Shown here piece by piece: positions 18,212 to 27,323 of a stretch of 64,000 bases of DNA. The notes beneath the pieces are model-generated. The model was not told where the DNA came from. It saw only the letters and a program-made list of their open reading frames with translations, and searched no databases. Source of the stretch: Actinomycetota bacterium (GTDB lineage: Bacteria > Actinomycetota > UBA4738 > HRBIN12); the NCBI GenBank assembly GCA_052388025.1, contig JBQTIP010000020.1, forward strand, positions 14,332 to 78,331, read 5' to 3'. A program made the translations under genes and the position numbers. Position 1 is the stretch's first letter. The number at the start of each line of letters is the position of its first letter.

Positions 18212-19417
18212 CTACACCGGCTCGACGATGGTCTCGGCCGCCAGCGGCCCCCGACGGGTAGGGCGCAGCACCGCGACGAGGATCACGGCCGCCACTGCGG
18301 CTGTGGCTCCCCCGACCGCGTAGACGCCCTGCGGGCCGACCAGCTCGAGCGCGGGCCCGGCGAGCGCGAACCCCACGGCAAGCCCCGTGTGGACGATCCC
18401 GTCCGAGGCGGCCAGGACGCGGCTCCGGACGACATCGGGCGTCCTCCGCTGCCGGATGCCCTGCTCGGCAACGAGCGTGAGCGCGTCGCCGGTGCCCCAG
18501 GCGAAGGTCAGCGCCAGGATCGGGACGAACCAGGCGGATGCCCCGATGGCCAGGCCGCAGACGGCCACCACCGCCGTGCCGATCACCAGCCACCACGGCT
18601 CGGTCCGCTCGCTCATGAACCGCCCCCCGAGTGAGCCGAGCACCGACCCCGCACCCCAGCACGCGATGATCAACCCGAACCCGATGGAGCCGGTGCCGAA
18701 CAGCTCCGTGAGCGGACGGTCGGCCACCATCCCGGACCCGGCCCCGAGCACCAGAGCGAACCAGGCCAGCGTGATCGTGCGGAGCACGCGATCGCGAGCC
18801 AGGAAGACGAACCCGGCTCGCAGCCCCCTGTGCTCGGCCGCATCCGCTCGTTCGCCGGAGAAGCGGCCGCTCACCGTGAACACCAGGAGCGCGGAGAACG
18901 CGAAAGAGACCGCGTTCAGCACGAACACGGCCTGGGCCCCCACGGTCGCCGCGAGGACCCCTCCGATCGCCGGCCCAACCATGATGCCCATGTTCCGGCC
19001 GACGGCTATCAGTCCATTTGCCCAGCTCAGGTCCTTCTCCTCGACGAGGTTGGGGATGGCCGCCGCGGATGCCGACCAGAACGGCGTCTCCACGAGAGCG
19101 GAGGCCGTAGCGAGGACGAGGATCAGGCCAGGGTCGTGGGCCAGCGCCATGGCTCCGAAGGCGGCGATGCCCAGCAGGTCCGAGACGATCATGACCCGCT
19201 TCCTGTCGAACCGGTCGCCCAGGGCCCCGCTGAAGACGCTCGTCACTCCGAAAACGCCGAACGTGAGCAAGAGCGTGGCCGAGAGCCACGCCGAGGACCC
19301 GTCCGTCTCGCGGAACATGTAGTCCATGAGCGCCGTGTACGCCGCGGCGCCTCCGGTGATGGAGATCAGGCGCGCGGTGGCCAGGCGGCGCACTGCGGAT
19401 CTCGGCGATGTCGTCAT
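18212..19417 (-). CDS. MFS transporter (tandem paralog)
   Basis: 401 aa; about 50-55% identical to the preceding gene across the whole length (GALGDRFDRKRVMIVSDLL, LSWANG, FVFLARD...). Confidence 0.8.
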   Translation of the reverse strand: MTTSPRSAVRRLATARLISITGGAAAYTALMDYMFRETDGSSAWLSATLLLTFGVFGVTSVFSGALGDRFDRKRVMIVSDLLGIAAFGAMALAHDPGLILVLATASALVETPFWSASAAAIPNLVEEKDLSWANGLIAVGRNMGIMVGPAIGGVLAATVGAQAVFVLNAVSFAFSALLVFTVSGRFSGERADAAEHRGLRAGFVFLARDRVLRTITLAWFALVLGAGSGMVADRPLTELFGTGSIGFGLIIACWGAGSVLGSLGGRFMSERTEPWWLVIGTAVVAVCGLAIGASAWFVPILALTFAWGTGDALTLVAEQGIRQRRTPDVVRSRVLAASDGIVHTGLAVGFALAGPALELVGPQGVYAVGGATAAVAAVILVAVLRPTRRGPLAAETIVEPV

Positions 19418-19573
19418 GAAGCGGACTCCGTGCTGTCGTGGTGGGCGGTGGGTAGGGGCGAGTGACTCATCCCCGCGGGAGCGGGCGCCGCGCTAGGCGC
19501 GCGAGAGCGGAGTCACCCAGTGAGTCGCTTCATCACGCGGGCGAGTGTAGCAGCGCGGTCAAGCCCGGTGCGC

Positions 19574-21157
19574 TCATTCGGGGAGCACGATGAAACGCGT
19601 GCTCTCGGCCCCGATCGAGCGCGCGATCTCCTCCACCACATCGGGCGGGATCGGGCCGTCGACGGTGAGCCCCATGAGCGCCTGCCCGCCCGCGGACTTC
19701 CGGCCCACGTCCATCGTCGCGATGTTGATCTCGTGCTCGCCGAGGATCGTTCCCACCTTCCCGATCACCCCGGGCCGGTCCTCGTACGTGAAGAACAGCA
19801 TGTATTGAGCCGGCGGCATCTCCAGGTCGAAGTCGAACACGCGCGTCACCCTCTCGGCGTCGCTCTTGCCGACCAGCGTGCCTGCCACGGAGACCTCTCC
19901 GCCGTCGGTCTCGCCCCGGATCGCGATGAGGTTCACGTAGTCCCGGGATACCGCCGAGCGCGTCTCGGAGACCGCCACTCCCCGCTCCCGCGCGATGATC
20001 GGGGCGTTCACGAACGACAGCGGCTCGTGGACCACGCCCGAGAGGCATCCCTTGACGACGGCGAGCGTGAGCACGCGCGTGTCCGCCTCGGCGATCCGCC
20101 CGAGGTAACCGCACTCGATCGCGCGCACGGCGCCCTCGGCGAGGCCGGTGAGCAGCGCGCCCAGCCGCTCCGCGAGCGGCATGAACAGCCGAACGCTCTC
20201 GGACACCTCGGCGCCCGCCGGGACGTTCACCGCATGGGGGACGAACTCGCCGCGGAGCCCCAGGCGCACCATCTCCGCGATCGAGGCCCCGGCCTTGTCC
20301 TGGGCCTCGATCGTCGACGCGCCGAGGTGCGGCGTCACCACGACATCGTCCAGCCCGAAGAGCGGGCTCTCAGTGGTCGGCTCCTCGTCGAAGACGTCGA
20401 GGGCCGCCCCGGCAAGGTGGCCGTCCTTCAGCGCCTTCGCGAGTGCTTCCTCGTCCACGATCCCGCCGCGGGCCGTGTTCACGAGCCTCGAGCCCTCCTT
20501 CATCAAAGACAGCTCACGGTCGCCGATCAGTCCCTCGGTGTCGGCGGTGCGCGGGAGATGGATCGTCACGAAGTCGGCCTGAACGAGGGCGGCCTCGAGC
20601 GTCGGCATCAGCTCGACGCCCATCTCCTTCGCGTGCTCGCGGGGCACGTAGGGGTCGAACGCAATGACGCGCATCCCGAACGCCGCCGCGCGCTGCGCCA
20701 CCATGGAGCCGACGCGGCCCAGGCCGACGATCGCGAGCGTCTTGCCGGCGAGCTCCACCCCCTGGTACTTCGAGCGCTCCCACGTCCCCTGCTTCAGCGA
20801 GGCGCTGGCCTCGGGGATGTTCCGTGCCTGGGCGAGGAGGAGCGCGAACGTGTGCTCGGCCGCCGAGACGATATTCGACTGCGGCGCGTTAACCACAATC
20901 ACGCCGTGGCGCGTAGCGGCTTCGACGTCGACGTTGTCGAGGCCGATGCCGGCGCGGGCGACCACCTTCAGATTCCGGGCCGCCTCGATCACCTCAGCGG
21001 TCACGGAGGTCTGCGAGCGGACGACGAGCGCGTCGTAGGGGCCGATCGCCTCGGCCAGGCCGCCCGAGGCGAGCTCCGGGCGCACGTCGACCTGGAAGTC
21101 CTTCCGCAACAGGTCGAGGCCGCGCTCCGAGAGCGGCTCGGTGACCAGGACGCGCAC
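19574..21157 (-). CDS. serA: D-3-phosphoglycerate dehydrogenase
   Basis: 2-hydroxyacid dehydrogenase NAD motif GKTLAIVGLGRVGSMVA plus C-terminal ASB and ACT domains; about 528 aa from GTG 21157; 2-nt spacing after the upstream aminotransferase stop. Confidence 0.85.
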   Translation of the reverse strand: MRVLVTEPLSERGLDLLRKDFQVDVRPELASGGLAEAIGPYDALVVRSQTSVTAEVIEAARNLKVVARAGIGLDNVDVEAATRHGVIVVNAPQSNIVSAAEHTFALLLAQARNIPEASASLKQGTWERSKYQGVELAGKTLAIVGLGRVGSMVAQRAAAFGMRVIAFDPYVPREHAKEMGVELMPTLEAALVQADFVTIHLPRTADTEGLIGDRELSLMKEGSRLVNTARGGIVDEEALAKALKDGHLAGAALDVFDEEPTTESPLFGLDDVVVTPHLGASTIEAQDKAGASIAEMVRLGLRGEFVPHAVNVPAGAEVSESVRLFMPLAERLGALLTGLAEGAVRAIECGYLGRIAEADTRVLTLAVVKGCLSGVVHEPLSFVNAPIIARERGVAVSETRSAVSRDYVNLIAIRGETDGGEVSVAGTLVGKSDAERVTRVFDFDLEMPPAQYMLFFTYEDRPGVIGKVGTILGEHEINIATMDVGRKSAGGQALMGLTVDGPIPPDVVEEIARSIGAESTRFIVLPE

Positions 21158-21159
21158 GG

Positions 21160-22329
21160 CTACGCCTGAGCGAAGATGTCCTCGGCCGCGGCCACGGCCG
21201 CGCCGCGCTTCACCGGATAGCCCATACGCTCGAGCGTGATCTCGAGGGCGGCAAGGCCCCGGATCATGTCCAGCCGGTCGTAGTAGCCGAGGTGGCCGAT
21301 CCGGAAGACCTTCCCCTTCAGCGGCCCCTGCCCCGGGGCGAGGATCACGCCGTGGTCGGCGCGCACGGCGGCCACCAGCTCGTCGCCGTCGATCCCTTCG
21401 GGGGCCCGGATCGCCGTCACGGCCCACGCCCGCTCGGGGTGATCCCCGAACAGGTCGAGGCCGAGCGCCTTCACGCCGTTCTTCACGGCCCTCGACAGCA
21501 GCTCCTGGCGAGCGAGCGCCGCCTCGATCCCGTCCTGGAAGTACAGGCGAAGCGCCGCCTGAAGCCCTTGCATAAGCGAGATGGCCGGCGTGAACGGGTT
21601 CTCCGGGTTCTTGAGCTCGTAGGAGGCCTTGTACATCGCCCAGTCGAAGTAGAAGCGCGGGTTCTGGGCGCTCTTCGTCGCCTCCCACGCGGCCGGAGAG
21701 ATCGCGACGAACGAGAGCCCGGGAGTCGCCGACAGCGCCTTCTGTGAGCCGCTCACGGCCACGTCGATCCCCCAGGCGTCCGTCTCGAAGGGAACCGCGC
21801 CGAGAGAGGAGACGCAGTCCACGACGGTCAGGGCGCCGGCCGACCTCGCCGCGCGCGCCACGGCTTCGACGTCGTGGATCACCCCGGTCGATGTCTCGCT
21901 CTGCTGGACGAGCACCGCCTTGGTCGGTCCCTCGGCGAGCGCCGCCTCGACGTCCAGCGGGACGACGGCCCGGCCCCACTCGTAGTCGATGGTGCGCACG
22001 TCGAGCTTGAACGCCCGCCCGATCTTCGCGAAGCGCTCCCCGAAGAACCCCGCCACGGGCACGACCACGCGGTCGCCGGGGGAGAACAGGTTCGCGACCG
22101 CCGACTCCAGCCCGCCGGTGCCCGACGACGCGAAGATCAGCACGTCGTTCTCGGTCTTGTAGAGGCGCTTCAGGTCCTCGGTGACCTCGCGGAGCAGGTT
22201 CCCGTAGCCGGGGCCCCGGTGGTACACGAGGGGACTGCCCTGGGCGAGGAAGACCTCAGGGGGAACGGGGGTCGGACCGGGGGCCAGGATGATCTCGGGC
22301 CTGTGCATCGTTCGGGTCACTCCTTGCAA
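21160..22329 (-). CDS. Class V aminotransferase (serine-pyruvate / alanine-glyoxylate / phosphoserine aminotransferase family)
   Basis: PLP fold-type I class V pattern (SGSQKAL lysine region); immediately upstream of serA, so a phosphoserine aminotransferase role is plausible; start could be the internal Met (MHRPEIIL). Confidence 0.75.
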   Translation of the reverse strand: MQGVTRTMHRPEIILAPGPTPVPPEVFLAQGSPLVYHRGPGYGNLLREVTEDLKRLYKTENDVLIFASSGTGGLESAVANLFSPGDRVVVPVAGFFGERFAKIGRAFKLDVRTIDYEWGRAVVPLDVEAALAEGPTKAVLVQQSETSTGVIHDVEAVARAARSAGALTVVDCVSSLGAVPFETDAWGIDVAVSGSQKALSATPGLSFVAISPAAWEATKSAQNPRFYFDWAMYKASYELKNPENPFTPAISLMQGLQAALRLYFQDGIEAALARQELLSRAVKNGVKALGLDLFGDHPERAWAVTAIRAPEGIDGDELVAAVRADHGVILAPGQGPLKGKVFRIGHLGYYDRLDMIRGLAALEITLERMGYPVKRGAAVAAAEDIFAQA

Positions 22330-22378
22330 TGATCAGTTTGCCGGACCGAACGCCAGCGGGCCAGCGTATCATCTGGTG

Positions 22379-22402
22379 GCCGCCTCACCGGGCGGCGCTT
22401 TT
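22379..22402 (+). promoter_or_regulatory. GC hairpin (GCCGCC-n6-GGCGGC) followed by a TTTT tract, 6 nt before the FtsX permease start codon
   Basis: Seen directly in the sequence; intrinsic-terminator-like, or an RBS-occluding leader structure. Confidence 0.25.
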
Positions 22403-22407
22403 CGCGT

Positions 22408-25400
22408 ATGGCGACCATCGTGTTCCTGCTGAAGCGCTTCGTCGCCCAGCGGCTGCTGGGACTGGCGATCGTGGTCACGCTGGCGTTCACGGTCGGCGTG
22501 TTGGTGGCCGGCCCGATCTACGCGGAGGCGGCGCGGGAGGCGATCCTGTCCTCCGCCCTCAGCACGGCGCCCGTGCAGATCAAGAACGTCCGGTTCGCGA
22601 CGTATGGCGACGCCGAGTTCGCCTGGGTCGACGCGGACGCGATCGTGCAGGGCGCGACCGCGGGGCTGCCGGTGATGAAGATCGTGCGGCAAGGCCGGGC
22701 CACGATCCGGCTTGAAGCCGGCGCGGAGCCGATCTCGGTCCCGGTGCTGTTCAGGGACGGCGCCGCCGACCACCTTCCGTTCAAGGGGGAGCCGCCGGAG
22801 GGACCCGGGGAGATGGCCCTCCCAGTGACCGTCGCGAGGTTCCTTGACATCCGGGTAGGCGACGCCGTGACCGTCACCGGCCCGACCGGCGTGCAGGCAG
22901 AGCTCGATGTCACCGGCACGTTCGGCGACCCCGACCGCGGTGACCCGTTCTGGTACGGCCCACTGATCCCGTTCCCCTCGCAGGACTCCACCGAGCTGCC
23001 GCCCGTGCTGCTCGACCGGAGCGGCTATCTCCCACTGGCGAAAGACGTCGACCTGGTGACGGAGTTCGTCTGGGACGACTACCTCACGCTGGAAGCAGTG
23101 CCGTTCGTCGGGGCCGAGCGGATCCCCGGCCTCATCCGGCAGGCGAACGACCAGCTCCGCCTGACCCCCGAGTTCCGGCGGCTCAGAACGACGAGCGGCC
23201 TCGCAACGCTCATGGAGCTGGTCCGCCAGCGCATCGCGAACCTGCGGGTGCCGATCTACCTCGTCGTGTTCCAGATCGGGGCCGTGACCCTGGCAGTGCT
23301 GGCCGGCGTCGGCTCGCTCACGCTCACGCGACAGTCCTTCGAGCTGGCGGTCCTTCGGAGCCGGGGGTTCTCGCGCGGGAAGCTCATCGCCGCCCAAGGG
23401 GTGCAGGCGGTGCTGTCGGCGGCCGTCGCCTTCCCGCTCGGCCTCTTGATCGGCGTGGCGCTCGCACGCCTGGCATCGGAGTCGAACGGCCCGTCGCTCC
23501 CGGGCGTGCTGTTCCCGGTCCGGATCACCGGCATCGCGCAGATCCTCGGGCTCGTCGGCGCCGCGCTCGGCGCGCTCATCCTGCTGCTGCTCTCGCTCCC
23601 CCACGTCGCCCGCACGATCCTGGAGGAGCGGCGCCTCCTGTCCCGGGAGGCGCGGCCGCTGCTCGCGCGCTACCCGGTCGAGGCGTTCGTGGCTCCCCTC
23701 GGCATCTTCGCGTTCATCGAGGTGCGCAACCGCGGGTTCCTGCCGGTCACGCAGCGGGGCTCGCTCGATCCGCTCGTGCTGCTCGCGCCGACGCTGCTCC
23801 TGTTTGCGGCCTCGTTCCTGGCGCTCCGGCTGCTTCTGCTGCTGCTTCGCCGGTTCGACCGCTCGATCGGCCGGGTGCGCAGCCTGCCGCTCTACCTTGC
23901 CGGCCGGCGGCTCGGGCGCTCGCCGGGCGCGAGCTTCGCGACGTCGCTGCTGTTGGTCCTGTCGGTCGGCCTGCTCGTCGTTTCGACGTCCTACCGGGCG
24001 ATCGTCATCCGCAACCACGAGGACAGCGCGCACCAGCAAGTCGGCTCGGACTGGAACATCCAGGTGGCTGCGCCGGAGCAGACGTTGCTAGCGCTCCAGG
24101 GCGTGCCGCCCGGCATGACGCCGGTCGTGCGCACCCAGCCGTCGTTCGAGACCGGCAGCTTCCCGACCTCCCCGACGGCCCTCGGGATCGACCCCGCGAC
24201 GTTCGCCTCGGGGGGCTGGTGGCGCGAGGACTACTCCGACATGTCGCTCGCCGAAATCCTGTCCCGCCTGCAGTCGCCGGTGCCCGGCCAGCCGCTTCCG
24301 CCGGGCGCCGGGACGCTCCGCGCCACCGTCGATGCCACCAAGGAGATCGACGGCCTGGTCCTGCTCGCCACCGTCGAGGGGCCGGGGGCGCGGGTCTCGG
24401 TGCTCTCGATGGGCGCGCTTCGCCCCGGAGCCAACACCTACGAGGTCGGCCTGGAGGGAGCCGATCGCGTCCTGTCGATCGCCGTCCAGGACCCGGGCAC
24501 GCGTGACCTGCCGGGGAAGGTTCGGCTCACGATCGAAGGTGTCGAGGCCGACAGCCAGGCGGTGAGCCTCTCGGGCTGGGAGCCGATCGGATGGCGGAGC
24601 AGCGAGGGGATGATCCGCCCGGAGGGCGGGGGCCTCAAGCGAACTATCCGACGCGGCGCCGGGCACGGGATCGGAGGCATCGCACCGGCCCTGGGACCAC
24701 TCCCGGCCCTCGCGTCGCCCGGGATCGTTGCGTCTCAGGGCGAGGTCTTCGAGGCCACGGTCGGCGCGCAGCTGCTGGAGTTCCGGACCGTGGCCGAGGC
24801 GGACGCCTTCCCCACCGTCTCAGGCGAGTTCATCGTGGTCTCGACTCCGGCCCTGCTCTCCGCCGCGGCGCGCATCCCCGAGGCGGGGCTGTCCCTCTCC
24901 GAGATGTGGGCCATGGGTGACCGCGACCCGCGGCCCGCCCTCTCCGCCGCCTCGTTCATCGTGGGGCGAACCCAGAACGCGGCGCCGATCGTCGCCATCC
25001 TGTCGCAGCTCCCACAGAGCCTCGCGGTCGGCATGCACTTCGCCGCGGCGGCCGGCGGCCTGGGCCTGGTCGTGATCGGCGTGGCGGTCGGCCTGTACTT
25101 CGGAGAGCGGCGGCGCGAGTTCGAGTTCGCGTCGCTCCGCGGGATGGGGACCGAGCCCGGGCAGATCTCCCGCGTGCTGCTGCTGGAGCAGAGCCTGCTG
25201 ATCGGCTTCGCGATCGTGGCCGGCGCCGGACTCGGCTTCGCGATCCTGCGGCTGATGATCCCCTACGTCGGCAAGAGCCTCGGCGCCGCCTTCCCCGCCC
25301 CGGTCCTGGTGGTCGACTGGCGCTCCCTCGGCATCTCCTGGCTCGCCATCGTGCTTGCGACGGGGATCGGCCTTCTTGCGGCGCTCCGGGCGCTGCTCCG

Positions 25401-25440
25401 CTCGTCGGTTACGTCGGTGCTTCGAGGCGAGGCGGAATGA
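22408..25440 (+). CDS. Large ABC transporter permease with two FtsX-like domains (MacB/YbbP-like)
   Basis: 1010 aa; two 4-TM FtsX-type blocks separated by large extracytoplasmic regions; ATGA overlap with the downstream ABC ATPase. Confidence 0.8.
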   Translation: MATIVFLLKRFVAQRLLGLAIVVTLAFTVGVLVAGPIYAEAAREAILSSALSTAPVQIKNVRFATYGDAEFAWVDADAIVQGATAGLPVMKIVRQGRATIRLEAGAEPISVPVLFRDGAADHLPFKGEPPEGPGEMALPVTVARFLDIRVGDAVTVTGPTGVQAELDVTGTFGDPDRGDPFWYGPLIPFPSQDSTELPPVLLDRSGYLPLAKDVDLVTEFVWDDYLTLEAVPFVGAERIPGLIRQANDQLRLTPEFRRLRTTSGLATLMELVRQRIANLRVPIYLVVFQIGAVTLAVLAGVGSLTLTRQSFELAVLRSRGFSRGKLIAAQGVQAVLSAAVAFPLGLLIGVALARLASESNGPSLPGVLFPVRITGIAQILGLVGAALGALILLLLSLPHVARTILEERRLLSREARPLLARYPVEAFVAPLGIFAFIEVRNRGFLPVTQRGSLDPLVLLAPTLLLFAASFLALRLLLLLLRRFDRSIGRVRSLPLYLAGRRLGRSPGASFATSLLLVLSVGLLVVSTSYRAIVIRNHEDSAHQQVGSDWNIQVAAPEQTLLALQGVPPGMTPVVRTQPSFETGSFPTSPTALGIDPATFASGGWWREDYSDMSLAEILSRLQSPVPGQPLPPGAGTLRATVDATKEIDGLVLLATVEGPGARVSVLSMGALRPGANTYEVGLEGADRVLSIAVQDPGTRDLPGKVRLTIEGVEADSQAVSLSGWEPIGWRSSEGMIRPEGGGLKRTIRRGAGHGIGGIAPALGPLPALASPGIVASQGEVFEATVGAQLLEFRTVAEADAFPTVSGEFIVVSTPALLSAAARIPEAGLSLSEMWAMGDRDPRPALSAASFIVGRTQNAAPIVAILSQLPQSLAVGMHFAAAAGGLGLVVIGVAVGLYFGERRREFEFASLRGMGTEPGQISRVLLLEQSLLIGFAIVAGAGLGFAILRLMIPYVGKSLGAAFPAPVLVVDWRSLGISWLAIVLATGIGLLAALRALLRSSVTSVLRGEAE

Positions 25441-26276
25441 TCGACGACCCGCTCGTCCGCTTCCGCCACGTGTACAAGGTCTACCGCGTCGCCGATACCG
25501 GCGTCGTGGCGCTCGGCGGGGTCGACTTCGAGGTCCACCGGAGCGAGTTCCTGGCGGTCGTGGGCCCGAGCGGGTCGGGGAAGTCGACCATCCTGAACAT
25601 GGTTGGCGGCCTCGACCGCCCGACGGCGGGCGTCGTGGAGGTGGACGACCACGACCTGGGACGTCTGAGCGAGGAGGAGCTCACCGTCTACCGACGAGAC
25701 AAGGTCGGGTTCGTGTGGCAGGGCACGGCGCGGAACCTGGTTCCGTACCTGACGGTACGCGGGAACGTGGAGCTGCCGCTCACGGCCAAACAACAGGTCG
25801 GCGTGACCCGCCGCCGACGCTCCGATGAGCTCCTGGAGGTCGTCGGGCTCCGTGACCGGGCGCAACACAGGCCCGGGCAGCTCTCCGGCGGCGAGCAGCA
25901 ACGCGTGGCGGTGGCCGTGGCGCTGGCCAACGTCCCGAAGCTCCTGCTCGCCGACGAGCCCACGGCCGAGCTGGATAGCGAGTCCGCCGAGCTCGTCCTT
26001 TCCGCCTTCCGCGCCGTGAACCGGGAGTTCGGCGTCACGATCGTCATGGTGACGCACGACCTGATCGCCGCTCGCAGCGCCGGCCGTGCCATCCGGCTAC
26101 GCGACGGACGCCTGCTTGCGGAGGGAGTCGCCGTCGAGCCGGTCGGCGACGACGGGCGGCTTCGACTCCCCGAGGAGGCCGTGGAGACGCTCCTCGGCCA
26201 CGACCTCGAGGTGGAGGTCGTAGGTGGGGAGGTCCGCGTCCGGCGCCGGGGCGAGCGGGGGGCGGATCATGGCTGA
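25437..26276 (+). CDS. ABC transporter ATP-binding protein 1
   Basis: Walker A GPSGSGKST, signature LSGGEQQRVAVAVAL, Walker B LLLADEPT, H-loop VTHD. Confidence 0.85.
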   Translation: MIDDPLVRFRHVYKVYRVADTGVVALGGVDFEVHRSEFLAVVGPSGSGKSTILNMVGGLDRPTAGVVEVDDHDLGRLSEEELTVYRRDKVGFVWQGTARNLVPYLTVRGNVELPLTAKQQVGVTRRRRSDELLEVVGLRDRAQHRPGQLSGGEQQRVAVAVALANVPKLLLADEPTAELDSESAELVLSAFRAVNREFGVTIVMVTHDLIAARSAGRAIRLRDGRLLAEGVAVEPVGDDGRLRLPEEAVETLLGHDLEVEVVGGEVRVRRRGERGADHG

Positions 26277-26982
26277 GCCGCTGCTCCAGGCGACGGCCAT
26301 CGTGCGCCGGTACCGAGGCGCTCATGGAGTGACGGCCGTGCGTGGAGCGTCGCTCGAGCTGCATCCCAAGAGCTTCGTCGCGCTCATGGGGCCATCGGGG
26401 TCGGGCAAGACCACCTTCCTCGGGGTGCTGTCCGGCCTCGACCGGCCCGACGCCGGGGAGATCCGCTGGCACGGCCGGCCGATCGGAGACATGTCCTTCC
26501 GGGAAGGGGTCGTCCTTCGCCGGTCCGGCATGGGAATCGTCTTCCAGAGCTTCGGACTGCTTCCCACGCTATCGGCGGTGGAGAACGTGGAGCTGCCGCT
26601 CCGGGTCGCAGGAGCGGACCTCGAAGAGAGCCGCGAGCGGGCGGCCACGTGGCTCACCCGACTCGGGCTCGCCGACCGGCTGGAGAATCGGACCTTCGAG
26701 CTGTCGGCCGGACAGCAGCAGCGCGTGGCCGTGGCCCGTGCGCTGATAACGGAGCCGGAGGTAGTGCTGGCCGACGAGCCGATCGCCGAGGTCGACACCG
26801 AGAACGCGGACCTGATCCTAGACGCGCTCTGGGAGGTCATCCGCCGCGGCGGCGCCGTGCTCGCCGCCACCCACAACCCCGAGGCGCTGCTGTACGCGAA
26901 CCGCGTCGTCCTGTTTCGCGACGGGCAGATAGAGGCCGAGGGAACGCCGGCGGAGCTCGCCTCGCGCGTGACGACCGACTAG
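26269..26982 (+). CDS. ABC transporter ATP-binding protein 2
   Basis: Walker A GPSGSGKTT, signature LSAGQQQRVAVARAL, Walker B VLADEP; ATG at 26269 overlaps the upstream stop by 8 nt. Confidence 0.85.
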   Translation: MAEPLLQATAIVRRYRGAHGVTAVRGASLELHPKSFVALMGPSGSGKTTFLGVLSGLDRPDAGEIRWHGRPIGDMSFREGVVLRRSGMGIVFQSFGLLPTLSAVENVELPLRVAGADLEESRERAATWLTRLGLADRLENRTFELSAGQQQRVAVARALITEPEVVLADEPIAEVDTENADLILDALWEVIRRGGAVLAATHNPEALLYANRVVLFRDGQIEAEGTPAELASRVTTD

Positions 26983-26997
26983 TCCATCCCAGACTAG
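26977..26997. repeat. Degenerate copy of the CTAG palindromic element (gACTAGTCC-atcc-CAGACTAG) overlapping the TAG stop of the ABC ATPase
   Basis: Shares the CAGACTAG right arm with the 6174 and 52299 copies and the ACTAGTCC left box with the 52281 copy; the stem is only 6 bp. Confidence 0.35.
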
Positions 26998-27094
26998 ATA
27001 GGTGCGGGGGCCTTCGCTCCGCTTGCCTTTCCATCCCCAACCCCGCTCCGCGAAGCCCCCCGCACCCCAAGCCGCCACGGCTCCAAGGGTCGGG

Positions 27095-27244
27095 TCAGAA
27101 CCGGAGGGACTTCCAGACGTCCTCGCCGCGGTCGCGTAGATCCTCGGCGAAGTCCTCGCGGACTCGCGGGGTGCGGCCGAGCACGCGGTCCATCAGGGAC
27201 CGATGCCCCTTCCGCCGGCCGACCGACCGAGCCACCGCGTCCAT
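27095..27244 (-). CDS. Small hypothetical ORF (49 aa) downstream of the ferredoxin reductase
   Basis: ATG-initiated, basic/acidic mixed composition (MDAVARSVGRRKGHRSLMDRVLGRTPRVREDFAEDLRDRGEDVWKSLRF); weak RBS; no motif. Confidence 0.15.
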   Translation of the reverse strand: MDAVARSVGRRKGHRSLMDRVLGRTPRVREDFAEDLRDRGEDVWKSLRF

Positions 27245-27323
27245 CTTCGCGTCTCGGATGCGGCGCTGGAGGTTGAGGTCTCAGGTGGGGTGCGTCGCAA
27301 TCGGGCTGAACACGCTGGCCCTT

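Noticed and set aside
19462-19516. GTGACTC ... GAGTCAC inverted repeat between serA and the MFS gene
   Set aside because: The 41-nt spacer makes a stable hairpin or terminator unlikely. It may be an operator, but the evidence is insufficient for a feature call.
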